A stretch of DNA of 64,000 nucleotides from Trichormus sp. ATA11-4-KO1 (GCA_019358915.1 JAHHIM010000065.1:160001-224000); one strand, 5' to 3'; numbered from the stretch's first letter, positions 39,563-50,879 are shown. Notes: generated from the letters alone by a model not told the origin. Numbers and translations: made by a program.

Positions 39563-40090
39563 ATGACTAATCGAGCTATTTTTATATCTGTGTTTGCTAG
39601 CTTGAGCTTGTTAAGTAGCTGTGTGGGCTACCCTCGCTTGGTTAGTTATCCCTTTGATCCGGGGGGACGAAGTATCAACAGTCCAGCTGCGGAACTAAAT
39701 CCCCAAATTTCTGGAAGATATATTGTTTTTACTAGCGATCGCCGGGGCAGCCAAGACGTTTATGTGTTTGATACACTGACTCGCAGTTTGGTTGATTTAC
39801 CAGGTTTAAATTCCTTAGATACAATCGCCTCTCATCCTAGTGTTTCTGAAAATGGTCGTTATGTTGTTTTTGCTGCTAGTCGTCAGGGGCGATCTACTAT
39901 TTTTCTCTACGACCGAGAAACACGCCAATCACGAAATTTAACTGCTAACCTGCAATCGGAAGTCCGCAACCCTACTATTAGCGCTGATGGTAGTAGGATT
40001 GCTTTTGAGTCCAATAATAATGGGCAGTGGGATATTTTAGTCTATGAACGTTCTGGACAACCGTTGAATATATCTCAAAATCCGCGTTGA
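39563..40090 (+). CDS. TolB-like PD40 repeat lipoprotein (paralog)
   Basis: Lipobox LSSC; PSVSENGRYVVF and PTISADGSRIAF; start falls in TGACTAA repeats so is uncertain. Confidence 0.85.
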   Translation: MTNRAIFISVFASLSLLSSCVGYPRLVSYPFDPGGRSINSPAAELNPQISGRYIVFTSDRRGSQDVYVFDTLTRSLVDLPGLNSLDTIASHPSVSENGRYVVFAASRQGRSTIFLYDRETRQSRNLTANLQSEVRNPTISADGSRIAFESNNNGQWDILVYERSGQPLNISQNPR

Positions 40091-40160
40091 GAATGGGGAA
40101 TGGGGAGTAAATCACTCCCTACTCAGCACTCCCCTTCGACTTCGCTCAGGGCGAGCGCAC

Positions 40161-41162
40161 TCAGCACTCAGCACTTTCCTTGATAGATTCAATGAGCGAT
40201 CGCACCTGTTGAGTTCCTGGAGAAGGTTCAAAGGTTAAAGGAAATTTTCCTCGACATAACATCCGCAAACCAAGGGGTGCAAGACTAAGTAATCCTTTAA
40301 GGTCTTTGAAGTAATTACCAACGACTTGTAAACCAAATTGACGTTCATCAATCCAACCACCTGCTTTCACCAAATCTACTAATACTTTCCGATGGCGAAT
40401 TGAGCGACTGTCGTTAGCTTGTTTGCGTGCGAGAATTTCTTGTTTAATTTTAGTAATTTGTTCTAATGGAGCTACGTCCATTGGACAAACTGAATCACAG
40501 TAAAAACAACGGGTACAACCCCACACTCCTTTAGTACCTTCGTTGTAATTTTCTAAGCGATTTTCAGTTTCACTATCACGAGAGTCGGCGACCATGCGAT
40601 AAGCTTTCGCCAGTGCATGGGGGCCAACAAAATCTGAATTAACTTCACGGGCATTACATTCTGAGTAGCAAGCACCACACATGATACAATTGCCAGTCTG
40701 ATCGAGACGCGATCGCTCTAGTGGTGTTTGTAAAAACTCCCTTTCTGGAACTTGTCGTGCTGCCGTACTTACATAAGGAGCTACAGCCTCTAAGTTATGC
40801 CAAAAACTACTCATATCTACGACTAAATCTTTAATCACTGGCATATTGCCTAGAGGAGCTATTGTAATTTCTGAAATAACGGTTGCTTTATTTTCTGGCG
40901 AAGGTATATGTTGTAATCTGGCAAGTTCACTGCCAACATTTTCCTTACAAGCTAAAGCCGAACGCCCATTAATTCGCATAGCACAGCTACCACAAATTGT
41001 ATTGCGGCAATTTTTGCGAAATGCTAGTGTTCCATCTTGCTCCCACTTAATTTGATTAAGGCAGTCCAAGATAGTATTGCCAGGTTCTACCTGCAAAAGG
41101 TAAGTTTTTAGAACAGGGGAGGAATTTTGTTGTTGCCGAACGATCTTAAAAATAACTTCCAT
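40161..41162 (-). CDS. sdhB: Succinate dehydrogenase iron-sulfur subunit
   Basis: CRNTICGSC, CIMCGAC and CTRCFYCDSVCP Fe-S motifs. Confidence 0.93.
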   Translation of the reverse strand: MEVIFKIVRQQQNSSPVLKTYLLQVEPGNTILDCLNQIKWEQDGTLAFRKNCRNTICGSCAMRINGRSALACKENVGSELARLQHIPSPENKATVISEITIAPLGNMPVIKDLVVDMSSFWHNLEAVAPYVSTAARQVPEREFLQTPLERSRLDQTGNCIMCGACYSECNAREVNSDFVGPHALAKAYRMVADSRDSETENRLENYNEGTKGVWGCTRCFYCDSVCPMDVAPLEQITKIKQEILARKQANDSRSIRHRKVLVDLVKAGGWIDERQFGLQVVGNYFKDLKGLLSLAPLGLRMLCRGKFPLTFEPSPGTQQVRSLIESIKESAEC

Positions 41163-41734
41163 TACTACCAACCAAAGTCTTAAAATTGCCTCACCAGCCT
41201 CAGAAATCGTGAGTAAAGGCAGGTGGTTGCACAAATTGAGCTATACTCTGGTTGCCCTTAATTCAAAGCCAGTATTAATAGGCTGATGATCAAAGAGCAG
41301 CTGATTCTAGTTTAAGGATAACCATTAAAATTTCATTTGCAGAAGCGTTACAGGTAAGATTAGTGTCAAGCTCTAAAACTAAACACCAAACAGGTAATCA
41401 TGGCTTCGCATTTCATTTACCTGTTTGGGAGTACGAAGACAAGTAGGTTGATGAGGAGCAAGACTGACGTTTATCTCTTGCATAGTGAAAATATCCAAAT
41501 TAAATGCACTAATAGTTTTGATTACATCTTGATGTCAACAGCAGTCTGAGCCATTGGTGGGAAAAATCTCTGATATCGTCACGTAGGAGAGATTTTTGTT
41601 TATATAGAAGCGTGACAACTGTTGACCAACATCTAGTGGTGGTAACAAAGTATTGGGAAGATATGGGAAAATATGGGAAAATTTATTCTTCCCACAGACA
41701 GACGTATAGAATATTTGACCACTTTTTGTCTAGT

Positions 41735-41772
41735 GACAATAAACCGAGAGGATTTCCTCTCGGTTTATTGTC
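41735..41772. terminator. Perfect 17-bp stem-loop, probable intrinsic terminator
   Basis: GACAATAAACCGAGAGG-ATTT-CCTCTCGGTTTATTGTC. Confidence 0.7.
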
Positions 41773-41874
41773 TGTACTCAATCAAGAAAATCTTGGCTTT
41801 AACTCACATGTCAAAACTGCTTGTCTAAATTTAGATTAATTTTTATAAAAGCTATGCTGCAATAATCACTAGGG

Positions 41875-41908
41875 CAAAAAGCGGGAGGAAAATCCTCACC
41901 GCTTTTTG
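41875..41908. terminator. Bidirectional-type intrinsic terminator
   Basis: CAAAAAGCGGGAGGA-AAA-TCCTCACCGCTTTTTG with A and T tracts. Confidence 0.65.
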
Positions 41909-42576
41909 TCTTCTCAAGGTCAGAGATTTAGATAAAAGTTTAGCAGCAAGTTAAATTAAAAATTCAACAACAATTTTGCTATTATTAGTCCATGCTAGTA
42001 TTTAATATAAAATTACGAAGTAACAAATCCAGTATCAATAGCCGCATAAGCGCGGTTAATGCTGATTTGTTTATTTGTAATGTAGAGACAAGAAAATTCA
42101 CGTCTCTACAGGCAGGACAAAAGGGTGTATGTCCGTCAGTCCCTATTCAAATACTATGCTGTCCTAAGCTTGAGAGTCAGAGTAGGGAAAACCTAACAAC
42201 TCTGGAGCAATAAAGGCAAGCAGTGAAAGTTGAAAGCCTGCAATTTATTGGGTCTACAACTTATTTGTAGTAGAACTCAAACAACTTGTGAAGGTGGCTT
42301 AAAGTTACACCGCTACAGTAGCGCCAAAAGAGAAAAAAAATAATTTCCGATGGCGAATAATGGTTAAAAGTGCCGTAAAATCACCGAAATTAATGTCTGT
42401 GATCACCATGACTCTAGTCTGTTGTGGGCATCCATAATATAAGCGCTTGTAGCTCACCCTATAAGCAGGAATTCACCCTTCACCCTAGGGTTGTGATTAG
42501 CTCTGTACAGATGCTAAAAAGTCAAATACTGGCATGAAACGACATCGTTTATCAGTTTGGAGAGAGTAAGGAAAAT

Positions 42577-43023
42577 TTGAGCGTAATGACTGAAACTGCA
42601 ACCGCACCATTAACTGGAAAAGCATTGCTTGCTAAGGTAAAAGAACTTTCTAATTTACCACGCCGAGAAAGAGCCAAGCAGTGTGGCTATTACACCGTTA
42701 CTAAGAATAATCAGGTTCGCGTCAATCTCACAGATTTTTATGATGCCTTGCTATCGGCTAGAGGAATTCCTCTCAGTCCAGAAGCACCTAAAGATGGTCG
42801 TGGTCGTGAACCGACATATCGAGTTAGCGTTCATCAAAACGGTCAAATTGTGATTGGTGCTACCTACACCAAGGCAATGAACTTAAAGCCTGGAGATGAG
42901 TTTGAAATCAGACTGGGATATAAGCATATTCACTTGATTCAACTCGGTGAAACTGATAAAAAATTAACCCAGGAAGATGTAGATTCCGACGAATCAGACG
43001 AAGATTTGGAAGACGAAGAGTAA
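42577..43023 (+). CDS. calA: cyAbrB transcriptional regulator (CalA type)
   Basis: LTGKALLAKVKEL, CGYYT, YRVSVHQNGQIVIGATYT, PGDEFEI; followed by a CAAX protease as for Anabaena calA; start may be ATG 42586. Confidence 0.88.
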   Translation: MSVMTETATAPLTGKALLAKVKELSNLPRRERAKQCGYYTVTKNNQVRVNLTDFYDALLSARGIPLSPEAPKDGRGREPTYRVSVHQNGQIVIGATYTKAMNLKPGDEFEIRLGYKHIHLIQLGETDKKLTQEDVDSDESDEDLEDEE

Positions 43024-43033
43024 GTTTACTGAT

Positions 43034-43078
43034 GGTAGGGATAAGTTTCAGGTGAATGCTTTACAACTTATTCCTACC
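43034..43078 (+). terminator. Stem-loop after calA
   Basis: GGTAGGGATAAGTT ... AACTTATTCCTACC, 14-bp stem with one G-U pair. Confidence 0.5.
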
Positions 43079-43201
43079 GATACAGTAAATTAGTAATTCT
43101 GTTTAAAGAATTTACAGTAAAAATACGATTAGACCGCTTGCAGAAATCACAGCCTTTGGTAGAGTCTTGATGAATAAGCAAGAAGTCTATCGTGTTTTTT
43201 T

Positions 43202-44074
43202 GTGTCTATTTTGATTAATTACCTTCAGCCATTAGTCAATGCCCTACTAGCATTTATGGAAGATGCATCAGTACTGGTTGTAGTGATGGCATTTTTCATT
43301 GGCTGGATAGGATGCTGGTTACCAATAGCAGCCATAACAGCGATGGTACTCAATTGGCAACCGAATAAACCTTTACAACCAGAGCAAAAATTACCTTTAT
43401 TAGTGCCACTCTACCTATTAGCCCCCCTAGTTCTTTGGGGAATGATTTGGCTGAGTAATAAATCTTTTGCAGATTACGGCTTTGCGGGAAATCTGGCGAT
43501 GCTGGGTTCCTTATCACTGGGTTTTGGTTTGGGAGTAATCAGCCTAGCGATGATGTTTATCTGTCAATTCTGGCTAGGCTGGTGCTATTTGGAAAAGTCA
43601 AATATCAAGTTAATACCATCCATCTTGCCATCTATTCTATTAATAGCGTTATTAGTTGGAGGCATAGAAGAGTTAGTGTTTCGGGGTTTCTTGTTAACTG
43701 AATTAGAGCGGGATTATCCTATTTGGGCAGCAGGGGCAATTTCTAGCTTAATTTTTGCTGTTCTGCATCTGGTTTGGGAACAACGTGAAACCATACCCCA
43801 ACTGCCTGGATTATGGCTAATGGGAATGATGCTGGTATTAGCCAGGATTGCCGATCGCGGCAGCTTGGGTATAGCTTGGGGACTACACGCAGCATTGGTA
43901 TGGGCGATCGCTACCGTAGATACAGCAGAACTAATTACCTACACTGGTAGAACTTCGGAGTGGTTGACTGGAAAAAACAAAAAACCCCTGGCTGGGGCGG
44001 CGGGAATTATTTGTGTATTTGTTACTGGGTTAATTCTTTGGCTGCTTTCTCAGTATTTTCCGCTTAAGTACTAA
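43202..44074 (+). CDS. CPBP/Abi family CAAX intramembrane protease
   Basis: EELVFRG, FAVLH and GLHA motifs. Confidence 0.9.
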   Translation: MSILINYLQPLVNALLAFMEDASVLVVVMAFFIGWIGCWLPIAAITAMVLNWQPNKPLQPEQKLPLLVPLYLLAPLVLWGMIWLSNKSFADYGFAGNLAMLGSLSLGFGLGVISLAMMFICQFWLGWCYLEKSNIKLIPSILPSILLIALLVGGIEELVFRGFLLTELERDYPIWAAGAISSLIFAVLHLVWEQRETIPQLPGLWLMGMMLVLARIADRGSLGIAWGLHAALVWAIATVDTAELITYTGRTSEWLTGKNKKPLAGAAGIICVFVTGLILWLLSQYFPLKY

Positions 44075-44370
44075 ATATTTCTATGTGTTAGCAAAATTAA
44101 CATGAAGAAACCAGCAAACTTTCTATCGGCGTTATCTTCATAAATATAATGCTAGTTGCACGCACTTGGTTTTATATGCTCCTACTAGCTTTTGTTTGTT
44201 TTTAGGACAGCGATTAAGAGTTATGGGTGATGTAATTTGTTATGAACGATTCGGCCCTAGAAATTACCAACCTGCGCTCAAGCTGAGTACAGGTTAAAAA
44301 AGTTATTTAAATTGTGGATTGCTGAAAATGCGATCGCGTTGGCTATGATGGCGCGATCACATTTAATTCT

Positions 44371-45324
44371 TCAGCCAATTAAGTGCAGCTGACTAATCAC
44401 CGCACTAATCACATGATGGGTAATGGGGAGGCTATCAATTACCATACCCAGGCATAACAGCATCATGTAAGAGATGGAATACAAAAACAACTCTCTAGCC
44501 ACGGCGCGATCCTCCGGGTTTTGCAACAAACGCCAAGATTTATGGATAAATAATCCACCCAAACTTATGGCGATCGCTGCATAGACAAATCCACTGGCGT
44601 GTAAAGGATAAACCAGTAACAGAGTGGCACCAACTGTAACCAGTGTGTAGTACCAAATCTGCCGGACTGTTGCTGTATCACCTGCAACTACAGGTAGCAT
44701 AGGTATGCCAACTTTAGCGTAGTCATCGCGAATCATTAACGCTAACGCCCAGAAATGGGGAGGTGTCCACAAAAAGACGATGGCAAAAATTAACCATGCT
44801 GCCCAGCTTAAAGTATCTGTCACAGCCGCCCAACCTACTAAAGCGGGAATTGCCCCAGCTGCCCCACCAATGACAATATTTTGGGTGCTATGGCGTTTCA
44901 GCCAGTGGGTATAGACCAAAATATAAAAGATGATGCCAGAAAATGCTAAACACGCCGCCAGTAAATTTGCGAATACTGCTAGTAACGTAAATGACATTAC
45001 AGCTAAGGCGATCGCAAAAATGAGCGCATCACGCGGCTGCACCTTGCCGGAAGGCAGAGGACGATGGCGCGTCCGCTCCATATCATAATCAATATCCCGG
45101 TCATAGATACAATTAATTGTCTGGGCGCTAGCAGCAGCTAACGTGCCACCAGTAAGAGTTACTAACAACAACAATGGGTCTACTTGTCCCTGAGCAGCAA
45201 TCCACATACTCCCAGCTGTGGTAATCAAAAGCAACGGGATAATCCGGGGCTTTGTGAGCTGATAGTAACTGTGGATCACCTGTAGAAATGTTTGGTGGTG
45301 GCGAGAGACATTAGTCTCAATCAT
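44371..45324 (-). CDS. ctaB: Heme o synthase (protoheme IX farnesyltransferase)
   Basis: [32 protein letters not shown]. Confidence 0.95.
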   Translation of the reverse strand: MIETNVSRHHQTFLQVIHSYYQLTKPRIIPLLLITTAGSMWIAAQGQVDPLLLLVTLTGGTLAAASAQTINCIYDRDIDYDMERTRHRPLPSGKVQPRDALIFAIALAVMSFTLLAVFANLLAACLAFSGIIFYILVYTHWLKRHSTQNIVIGGAAGAIPALVGWAAVTDTLSWAAWLIFAIVFLWTPPHFWALALMIRDDYAKVGIPMLPVVAGDTATVRQIWYYTLVTVGATLLLVYPLHASGFVYAAIAISLGGLFIHKSWRLLQNPEDRAVARELFLYSISYMMLLCLGMVIDSLPITHHVISAVISQLHLIG

Positions 45325-45765
45325 GTTGGCTTTGGTTCCTTATTTTTCAACAGCTTATATGCAGCCCCCATTGAAGAGGAAAGGGGGCAGGGCTTCCGCC
45401 TTGAGCGTTCGACTGAGCGCTCACGCCGAAGTCCGAACGGTGCAGGGGAGAGAACCCCTTAAATAAATTTGGGAGATTGAAACCGACATAGTAGGATTAA
45501 TTTTTTCGCCCTTGCTTCCTTCCTGAGTAAAAATACTAATCCCTAGTCCCCAATTCCCAGTCCCTCTTTCACGAGTTTCATCAGGACTGCCTTGTAATTT
45601 CTTGGAGGCGCAGGCGGTTTTGGTTTGATGCTTTCACTACTTCTAGTTACTAGATGTGATGTCAAGTTCGTTTCCTCACTAAATGACTGATGGCTAATGT
45701 CTCATTGCCATTAGTCATCAGTCATCATAGTGATAATAGCAATAGGAAAACGAACCTGAGTTCAG

Positions 45766-46749
45766 TTAGAAATTTGTGCCATTTACTTGTGTGCTTGTAA
45801 TATTTGTTGTGAAACCAACGGGGTAAGCATTGATTTCACGGTTAGTTGCCCAGTCGCGGACTGCGAGAACAGTGAAACCCACTAAAGCACCCAGTAAAGC
45901 GGCTCCTACAGCTTGATGAGAAACTGTCAGAGGCTCGACTTGGAGATGTAATCGGAAAGTGGCAACTCCCAACAATATTTGTAGTATCAACAAAGCACCA
46001 GCCATATTTGCCAATCGTCGCAAGGCTGGATGCAGTGCTGGTGTACGCCAGGAAATAAATACCACTGCTAAGGTAGCTAAAGTTGGCGGTACTAAGCCAA
46101 AAATATGGCTGTACATCACACTGCAAAGTTGAGAACCGCCAAAGCATTGGTGTAACGCCCAGCGAGACCCGACTAAAGCACCTAATAAACTTTGTAGGTA
46201 AACCAATATAGCCGCAGTCAAACCCACCCAAGGTAACTTTCCCACGGTGCCAGTTCCTTGATATGGGGTCAGGGCTACGCCGACAATCAGTAAGGTAGTG
46301 AAAAACAACAGCGCCGTTCCCAAATGAGCGGTCACGATATCAAACCGCAAAAGTTCGGTAACGGTGAGTCCTCCCAAAATACCTTGGAAGACAATTAAAA
46401 ATAGGGCAAATGTGGATGCCCAAGGTAGCCAGGTGGGTAAAGCACGACGGTGCCACCAGGACAAACCAGCAAGAGCGATCGCGCTTAAGCCAATCAACCC
46501 TGCATCCAATCTGTGAAACCACTCCAAAAACACTTGGAGATTCATTTGTTTGGCTGGCACAAGTTCTCCGTAGCACAATGGCCAGTCTGGGCAAGCAAGT
46601 CCAGCATTCATCACACGGGTGGCACTGCCTATGGCCATCAAAATCAAGGTGGCTATGCACATTTTCCACACCAAGCGACGAATCACTTCCTTGGGCTGTC
46701 GCTGCTCAGTTGCCGCTTCATTTTGTTGTTCTAGGACAAATTTGTTCAT
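45766..46749 (-). CDS. ctaA: Heme A synthase
   Basis: GLACPDWPLC, EWFHRL, TAHLG. Confidence 0.93.
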   Translation of the reverse strand: MNKFVLEQQNEAATEQRQPKEVIRRLVWKMCIATLILMAIGSATRVMNAGLACPDWPLCYGELVPAKQMNLQVFLEWFHRLDAGLIGLSAIALAGLSWWHRRALPTWLPWASTFALFLIVFQGILGGLTVTELLRFDIVTAHLGTALLFFTTLLIVGVALTPYQGTGTVGKLPWVGLTAAILVYLQSLLGALVGSRWALHQCFGGSQLCSVMYSHIFGLVPPTLATLAVVFISWRTPALHPALRRLANMAGALLILQILLGVATFRLHLQVEPLTVSHQAVGAALLGALVGFTVLAVRDWATNREINAYPVGFTTNITSTQVNGTNF

Positions 46750-47154
46750 GAACAGTACCTTCTGCCCGCTCTTGGTGGTAGTTCTCTTAAACTTTTCAAT
46801 TTTTAGTACCGACCCATCTCCACCCTAGCGTATGGGCCAGAGTTTAAAAGATTGGCTTGCACTTATACTTTGGATCACTCTAGCCACTTTTAGCCGGAGC
46901 TTTAGGTATTTTTTAAGTTGTTAGCAATTGATAAATGATAATTTGTGGGAATATTCTAAATTTTTTCTTAAATTTCTCCACGGATTTACGTCTAATTTTG
47001 GCAGTATCTAATAAATCTCTTGTACTCAAAATTTGTAAATTAGCTGAAAAAATTAATAAAAATTTCAGACCATGAGACTTTATCTTTCATCACCTGCACT
47101 ACCTTAGTAAGTGAGTAGCATAGAGATAACGTAGTAAATTCATTTAAGTAAACC

Positions 47155-48252
47155 GTGAAGATTCCAAGTTCGATCTGGACATTACTAATTGGCATTGTGC
47201 TAACGCTAGTCAGCCTTTGGTACGGTCAAAATCACGGTCTGTTGCCAACAGCCGCCACCGATGAAGCCGTTTTGGTGGATGGTTTGTTTAACACAATGAT
47301 GATCGTTTCCACAGGTATATTTCTACTTGTTGAAGGTATTTTGATTTACTCTGCAATTAAATACCGGAGACGTGCAGGTGACAATGAAGACGGGCCACCA
47401 ATTGAGGGTAATGTACCTCTAGAAATCCTCTGGACGGCGATCCCAGCAATTATCGTTATTGGTATTTCTGTCTATAGTTTTGAGGTTTACAATGACATCG
47501 GTGGATTTGATCCCCACTCTGTCCATGAAGCTCCGATGACTGAGGATTTTTCGATGACAATGCCAGGAGCAGCGATCGCCGCAACTTTAAGCGATACGCC
47601 TCCTAGTACAGGAGCCAACCTCAATCAAGAAAAATCTGATGAGGCGATGCAAGACCCGGCCACAGCAGCAGTCCGCAATGCTGACCAAATTCCCCAAAAG
47701 CGCAATGCTCCTGGGGTGGGTAGTGTCGCTCCTACCATTGGGGGTAGTCCTGAAAAAGCCGGCCAACCACCAGAATTACGGGTCAACGTCACTGGTTTAC
47801 AATACGCCTGGCTATTTACCTATCCTGAAACTGGAGTAACTACAGGTGAGTTACATGTTCCCGTCGGGCGCGAAGTCCAAATCAACATGACAGCCAATGA
47901 TGTCATTCACGCCTTCTGGGTACCAGAGTTCCGCTTGAAACAGGATGCGATCCCCGGTAGGCAAAGCGAGATTCGGTTCACGCCCAGAGTAGCGGGTAGT
48001 TATGACCTGATTTGTGCTGAACTTTGTGGCCCCTACCACGGTGCAATGAAAACCCAAGTAGTGGTGGAGACTCAAGCAGCTTATGACCAATGGATGCAAG
48101 AGCAATTAGTTGCCAGCAGCGAAACGCTCAATCAAGCCGTTGCTGTTAACTCTGCGGATTTGTCCCCAGATGAATTTCTCAATCCTTATACCAAGGACAT
48201 GGGAATACAACCAGAGATAATCAATCAAGTTCACACTGCTCATCACCACTAG
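47155..48252 (+). CDS. coxB: Cytochrome c oxidase subunit II
   Basis: CuA motifs DVIHAFWVP and CAELCGPYHGAM. Confidence 0.95.
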   Translation: MKIPSSIWTLLIGIVLTLVSLWYGQNHGLLPTAATDEAVLVDGLFNTMMIVSTGIFLLVEGILIYSAIKYRRRAGDNEDGPPIEGNVPLEILWTAIPAIIVIGISVYSFEVYNDIGGFDPHSVHEAPMTEDFSMTMPGAAIAATLSDTPPSTGANLNQEKSDEAMQDPATAAVRNADQIPQKRNAPGVGSVAPTIGGSPEKAGQPPELRVNVTGLQYAWLFTYPETGVTTGELHVPVGREVQINMTANDVIHAFWVPEFRLKQDAIPGRQSEIRFTPRVAGSYDLICAELCGPYHGAMKTQVVVETQAAYDQWMQEQLVASSETLNQAVAVNSADLSPDEFLNPYTKDMGIQPEIINQVHTAHHH

Positions 48253-48329
48253 TCAGTGGTCAATGAAAAGTAATCAGTGAACAGACTGATAACTGCTAAT
48301 TGATAACTGATAACTGACAACTAATTCCT

Positions 48330-50066
48330 ATGACACAAGCTCAGTTGCAAGAAACAGCCAATATCCCTACTCATGTTGAAGAACCAGAGGAAAGACATTG
48401 GCGAGACTTCTTTGGTTTTAGTACCGACCATAAGGTGATTGGGATTCAATACCTAGTTACTTCATTTATTTTCTACTGCATTGGCGGTGTGATGGCTGAT
48501 TTGGTGCGTACAGAACTACGAACCCCAGATGTAGATTTTGTCACCCCAGAAGTTTACAACAGTCTATTCACGCTGCACGCCACAATTATGATTTTCTTGT
48601 GGATTGTGCCAGCCGGAGCCGGATTTGCTAATTATCTGATTCCCCTGATGATTGGGGCGAAAGATATGGCATTCCCCAAGCTGAACGCCGTGGCCTTTTG
48701 GATGATTCCCCCTGCGGGTTTGCTGCTAATTGCCAGTTTAGCGGTGGGTGATGCACCAGATGCTGGGTGGACTTCCTACCCTCCCTTAAGCTTGGTCACA
48801 GGTCAAGTGGGTGAAGGTATTTGGATCATGAGTGTCCTGCTGCTGGGTACATCGTCGATTTTGGGATCGATCAATTTCTTGGTCACCATGCTGAAGATGC
48901 GTATCCCTGGTATGAGTTTCCATCAAATGCCTTTGTTTTGTTGGGCAATGTTGGCAACCTCAGCGCTGGTGTTAGTCTCAACCCCAGTACTAGCAGCAGG
49001 TTTAATTCTGCTTTCCTTCGATTTATTGGCAGGAACAACATTTTTTAATCCCACAGGTGGTGGGGACCCGGTGGTATACCAGCATATGTTTTGGTTTTAC
49101 TCCCACCCGGCGGTATATATCATGATTTTGCCTTTCTTTGGGGCAATTTCGGAAATAATCCCGATTCATTCCCGCAAGCCGATTTTTGGCTATAAAGCGA
49201 TCGCCTATTCATCTTTGGCTATCAGCTTTTTAGGATTAATTGTCTGGGCACACCATATGTTTACCAGTGGTGTCCCCGGTTGGTTGCGGATGTTTTTTAT
49301 GATCACGACGATGATCATCGCCGTACCTACAGGGATTAAAATTTTCAGCTGGTTGGCAACCATGTGGGGCGGTAAAATCCAACTCAATAGCCCTATGCTA
49401 TTCGCTATCGGCTTTGTGGGCACTTTTGTAATTGGCGGGATCAGTGGTGTGATGTTGGCAGCAGTGCCCTTTGATATTCACGTCCACGACACTTATTTTG
49501 TGGTAGCACACCTGCACTACGTCCTATTTGGCGGTAGCGTGTTGGGTATTTTTGCGGCCATATACCACTGGTTCCCAAAAATGACGGGACGAATGATGAA
49601 CGAATTTTGGGGTAAGGTTCACTTTGCCTTGACAATCGTTGGTCTGAATATGACCTTCTTACCCATGCACAAACTGGGGTTAATGGGCATGAACCGTCGT
49701 ATTGCTCAATATGATCCCAAATTTGCCTTGTTGAATGAAATTTGCACTTATGGTTCTTACATACTGGCAGTTTCGACATTCCCCTTTATCATCAATGCAA
49801 TTTGGAGCTGGTTGTATGGTGAGAAAGCTGGTAATAATCCTTGGAGGGCATTGACCTTAGAGTGGATGACGACCTCACCGCCAGCGATCGAGAATTTTGA
49901 TAAAACCCCAGTATTGGCTACAGGCCCCTACGACTACGGCTTAGAAAAGGCTAACGATGATGTACCTTTATCTGACCCCAATCCAGTTTTATCTGCTGGC
50001 CCAAACTCGGTATTAAGAGCGGAACCTGACTCCATGGTTGCTGCCAATCCCGAAGACCGTAAATAA
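48330..50066 (+). CDS. coxA: Cytochrome c oxidase subunit I
   Basis: FWFYSHPAVY, WAHHMF, VAHLHY. Confidence 0.97.
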   Translation: MTQAQLQETANIPTHVEEPEERHWRDFFGFSTDHKVIGIQYLVTSFIFYCIGGVMADLVRTELRTPDVDFVTPEVYNSLFTLHATIMIFLWIVPAGAGFANYLIPLMIGAKDMAFPKLNAVAFWMIPPAGLLLIASLAVGDAPDAGWTSYPPLSLVTGQVGEGIWIMSVLLLGTSSILGSINFLVTMLKMRIPGMSFHQMPLFCWAMLATSALVLVSTPVLAAGLILLSFDLLAGTTFFNPTGGGDPVVYQHMFWFYSHPAVYIMILPFFGAISEIIPIHSRKPIFGYKAIAYSSLAISFLGLIVWAHHMFTSGVPGWLRMFFMITTMIIAVPTGIKIFSWLATMWGGKIQLNSPMLFAIGFVGTFVIGGISGVMLAAVPFDIHVHDTYFVVAHLHYVLFGGSVLGIFAAIYHWFPKMTGRMMNEFWGKVHFALTIVGLNMTFLPMHKLGLMGMNRRIAQYDPKFALLNEICTYGSYILAVSTFPFIINAIWSWLYGEKAGNNPWRALTLEWMTTSPPAIENFDKTPVLATGPYDYGLEKANDDVPLSDPNPVLSAGPNSVLRAEPDSMVAANPEDRK

Positions 50067-50102
50067 AGTGATGAGTGAGGAGTTCAAGCCTTTTATAGCA
50101 AA

Positions 50103-50132
50103 GTGCTGAGTGCTGAGTGCTGAGTGCTGAGT
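50103..50132. repeat. STRR heptamer tandem array (GTGCTGA)n; shorter arrays at about 9990, 20176, 32126, 34956 and 40160
   Basis: Four tandem GTGCTGA units; other short tandem repeats at 36820, 39520 and 48284. Confidence 0.85.
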
Positions 50133-50252
50133 ATAAATCCAGTTGCTTCAGAGCTTTGAGCAATTAACACTGTCCTAACCTATGTGACTACGGCTATAAC
50201 TCCCCATTCCTCACTCTTGAGTCATCACTTGTCCTCTAGATATTAAAGATAC

Positions 50253-50879
50253 ATGCAAAGTCAAACTATTGACCCAGCTAAAACCGAACTAAATCATCAC
50301 CATACTGCCGAAGCAGGAGTTAGTCATCACGAAGCACATCCAGACCATCGTCTGTTTGGGTTATTTATCTTCCTGATTGCTGAAGGGATGATTTTTATGG
50401 GGTTGTTCGGAGCTTACCTCGCTTTCCGTGCTACCTTACCTGCGTGGCCCCCGGAAGGTACACCAGAATTAGAACTATTGTTACCGGGAGTCAACACCGT
50501 CAATCTGATTGCTAGCAGTTTTGTCATGCACAATGCTGACACTGCCATCAAAAAGAATGATGCAAAAGGTATGCGTACTTGGTTGGCAATTACTGCCGCA
50601 ATGGGTGCTATTTTCTTGGTGGGACAGGTATACGAATATACACACCTAGAATTTGGTTTAACTACCAATTTATTTGCCAGTGCATTTTACGTTTTAACTG
50701 GCTTTCACGGACTACACGTTACCATTGGTGTCTTGGCGATAGTTGCCGTATTGTGGCGATCGCGTGTTCAGGGTCACTACAGTAGCAAAAAGCACTTTGG
50801 TATTGAAGCTGCGGAAATCTACTGGCACTTTGTTGACGTGATTTGGATTATTCTGTTCGGATTACTTTATTTACTGTGA
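50253..50879 (+). CDS. coxC: Cytochrome c oxidase subunit III
   Basis: FYVLTGFHGLHV, YWHFVDVIW. Confidence 0.95.
   Translation: MQSQTIDPAKTELNHHHTAEAGVSHHEAHPDHRLFGLFIFLIAEGMIFMGLFGAYLAFRATLPAWPPEGTPELELLLPGVNTVNLIASSFVMHNADTAIKKNDAKGMRTWLAITAAMGAIFLVGQVYEYTHLEFGLTTNLFASAFYVLTGFHGLHVTIGVLAIVAVLWRSRVQGHYSSKKHFGIEAAEIYWHFVDVIWIILFGLLYLL

Noticed and set aside
41612..42213. Short ORFs (75 and 73 aa) in the sdhB-calA gap
   Set aside because: No recognisable motifs or RBS; they run through terminator and repeat hairpins
43202..44074. CAAX protease as immunity gene for the peptide locus
   Set aside because: About 29 kb away and in the known calA-linked position
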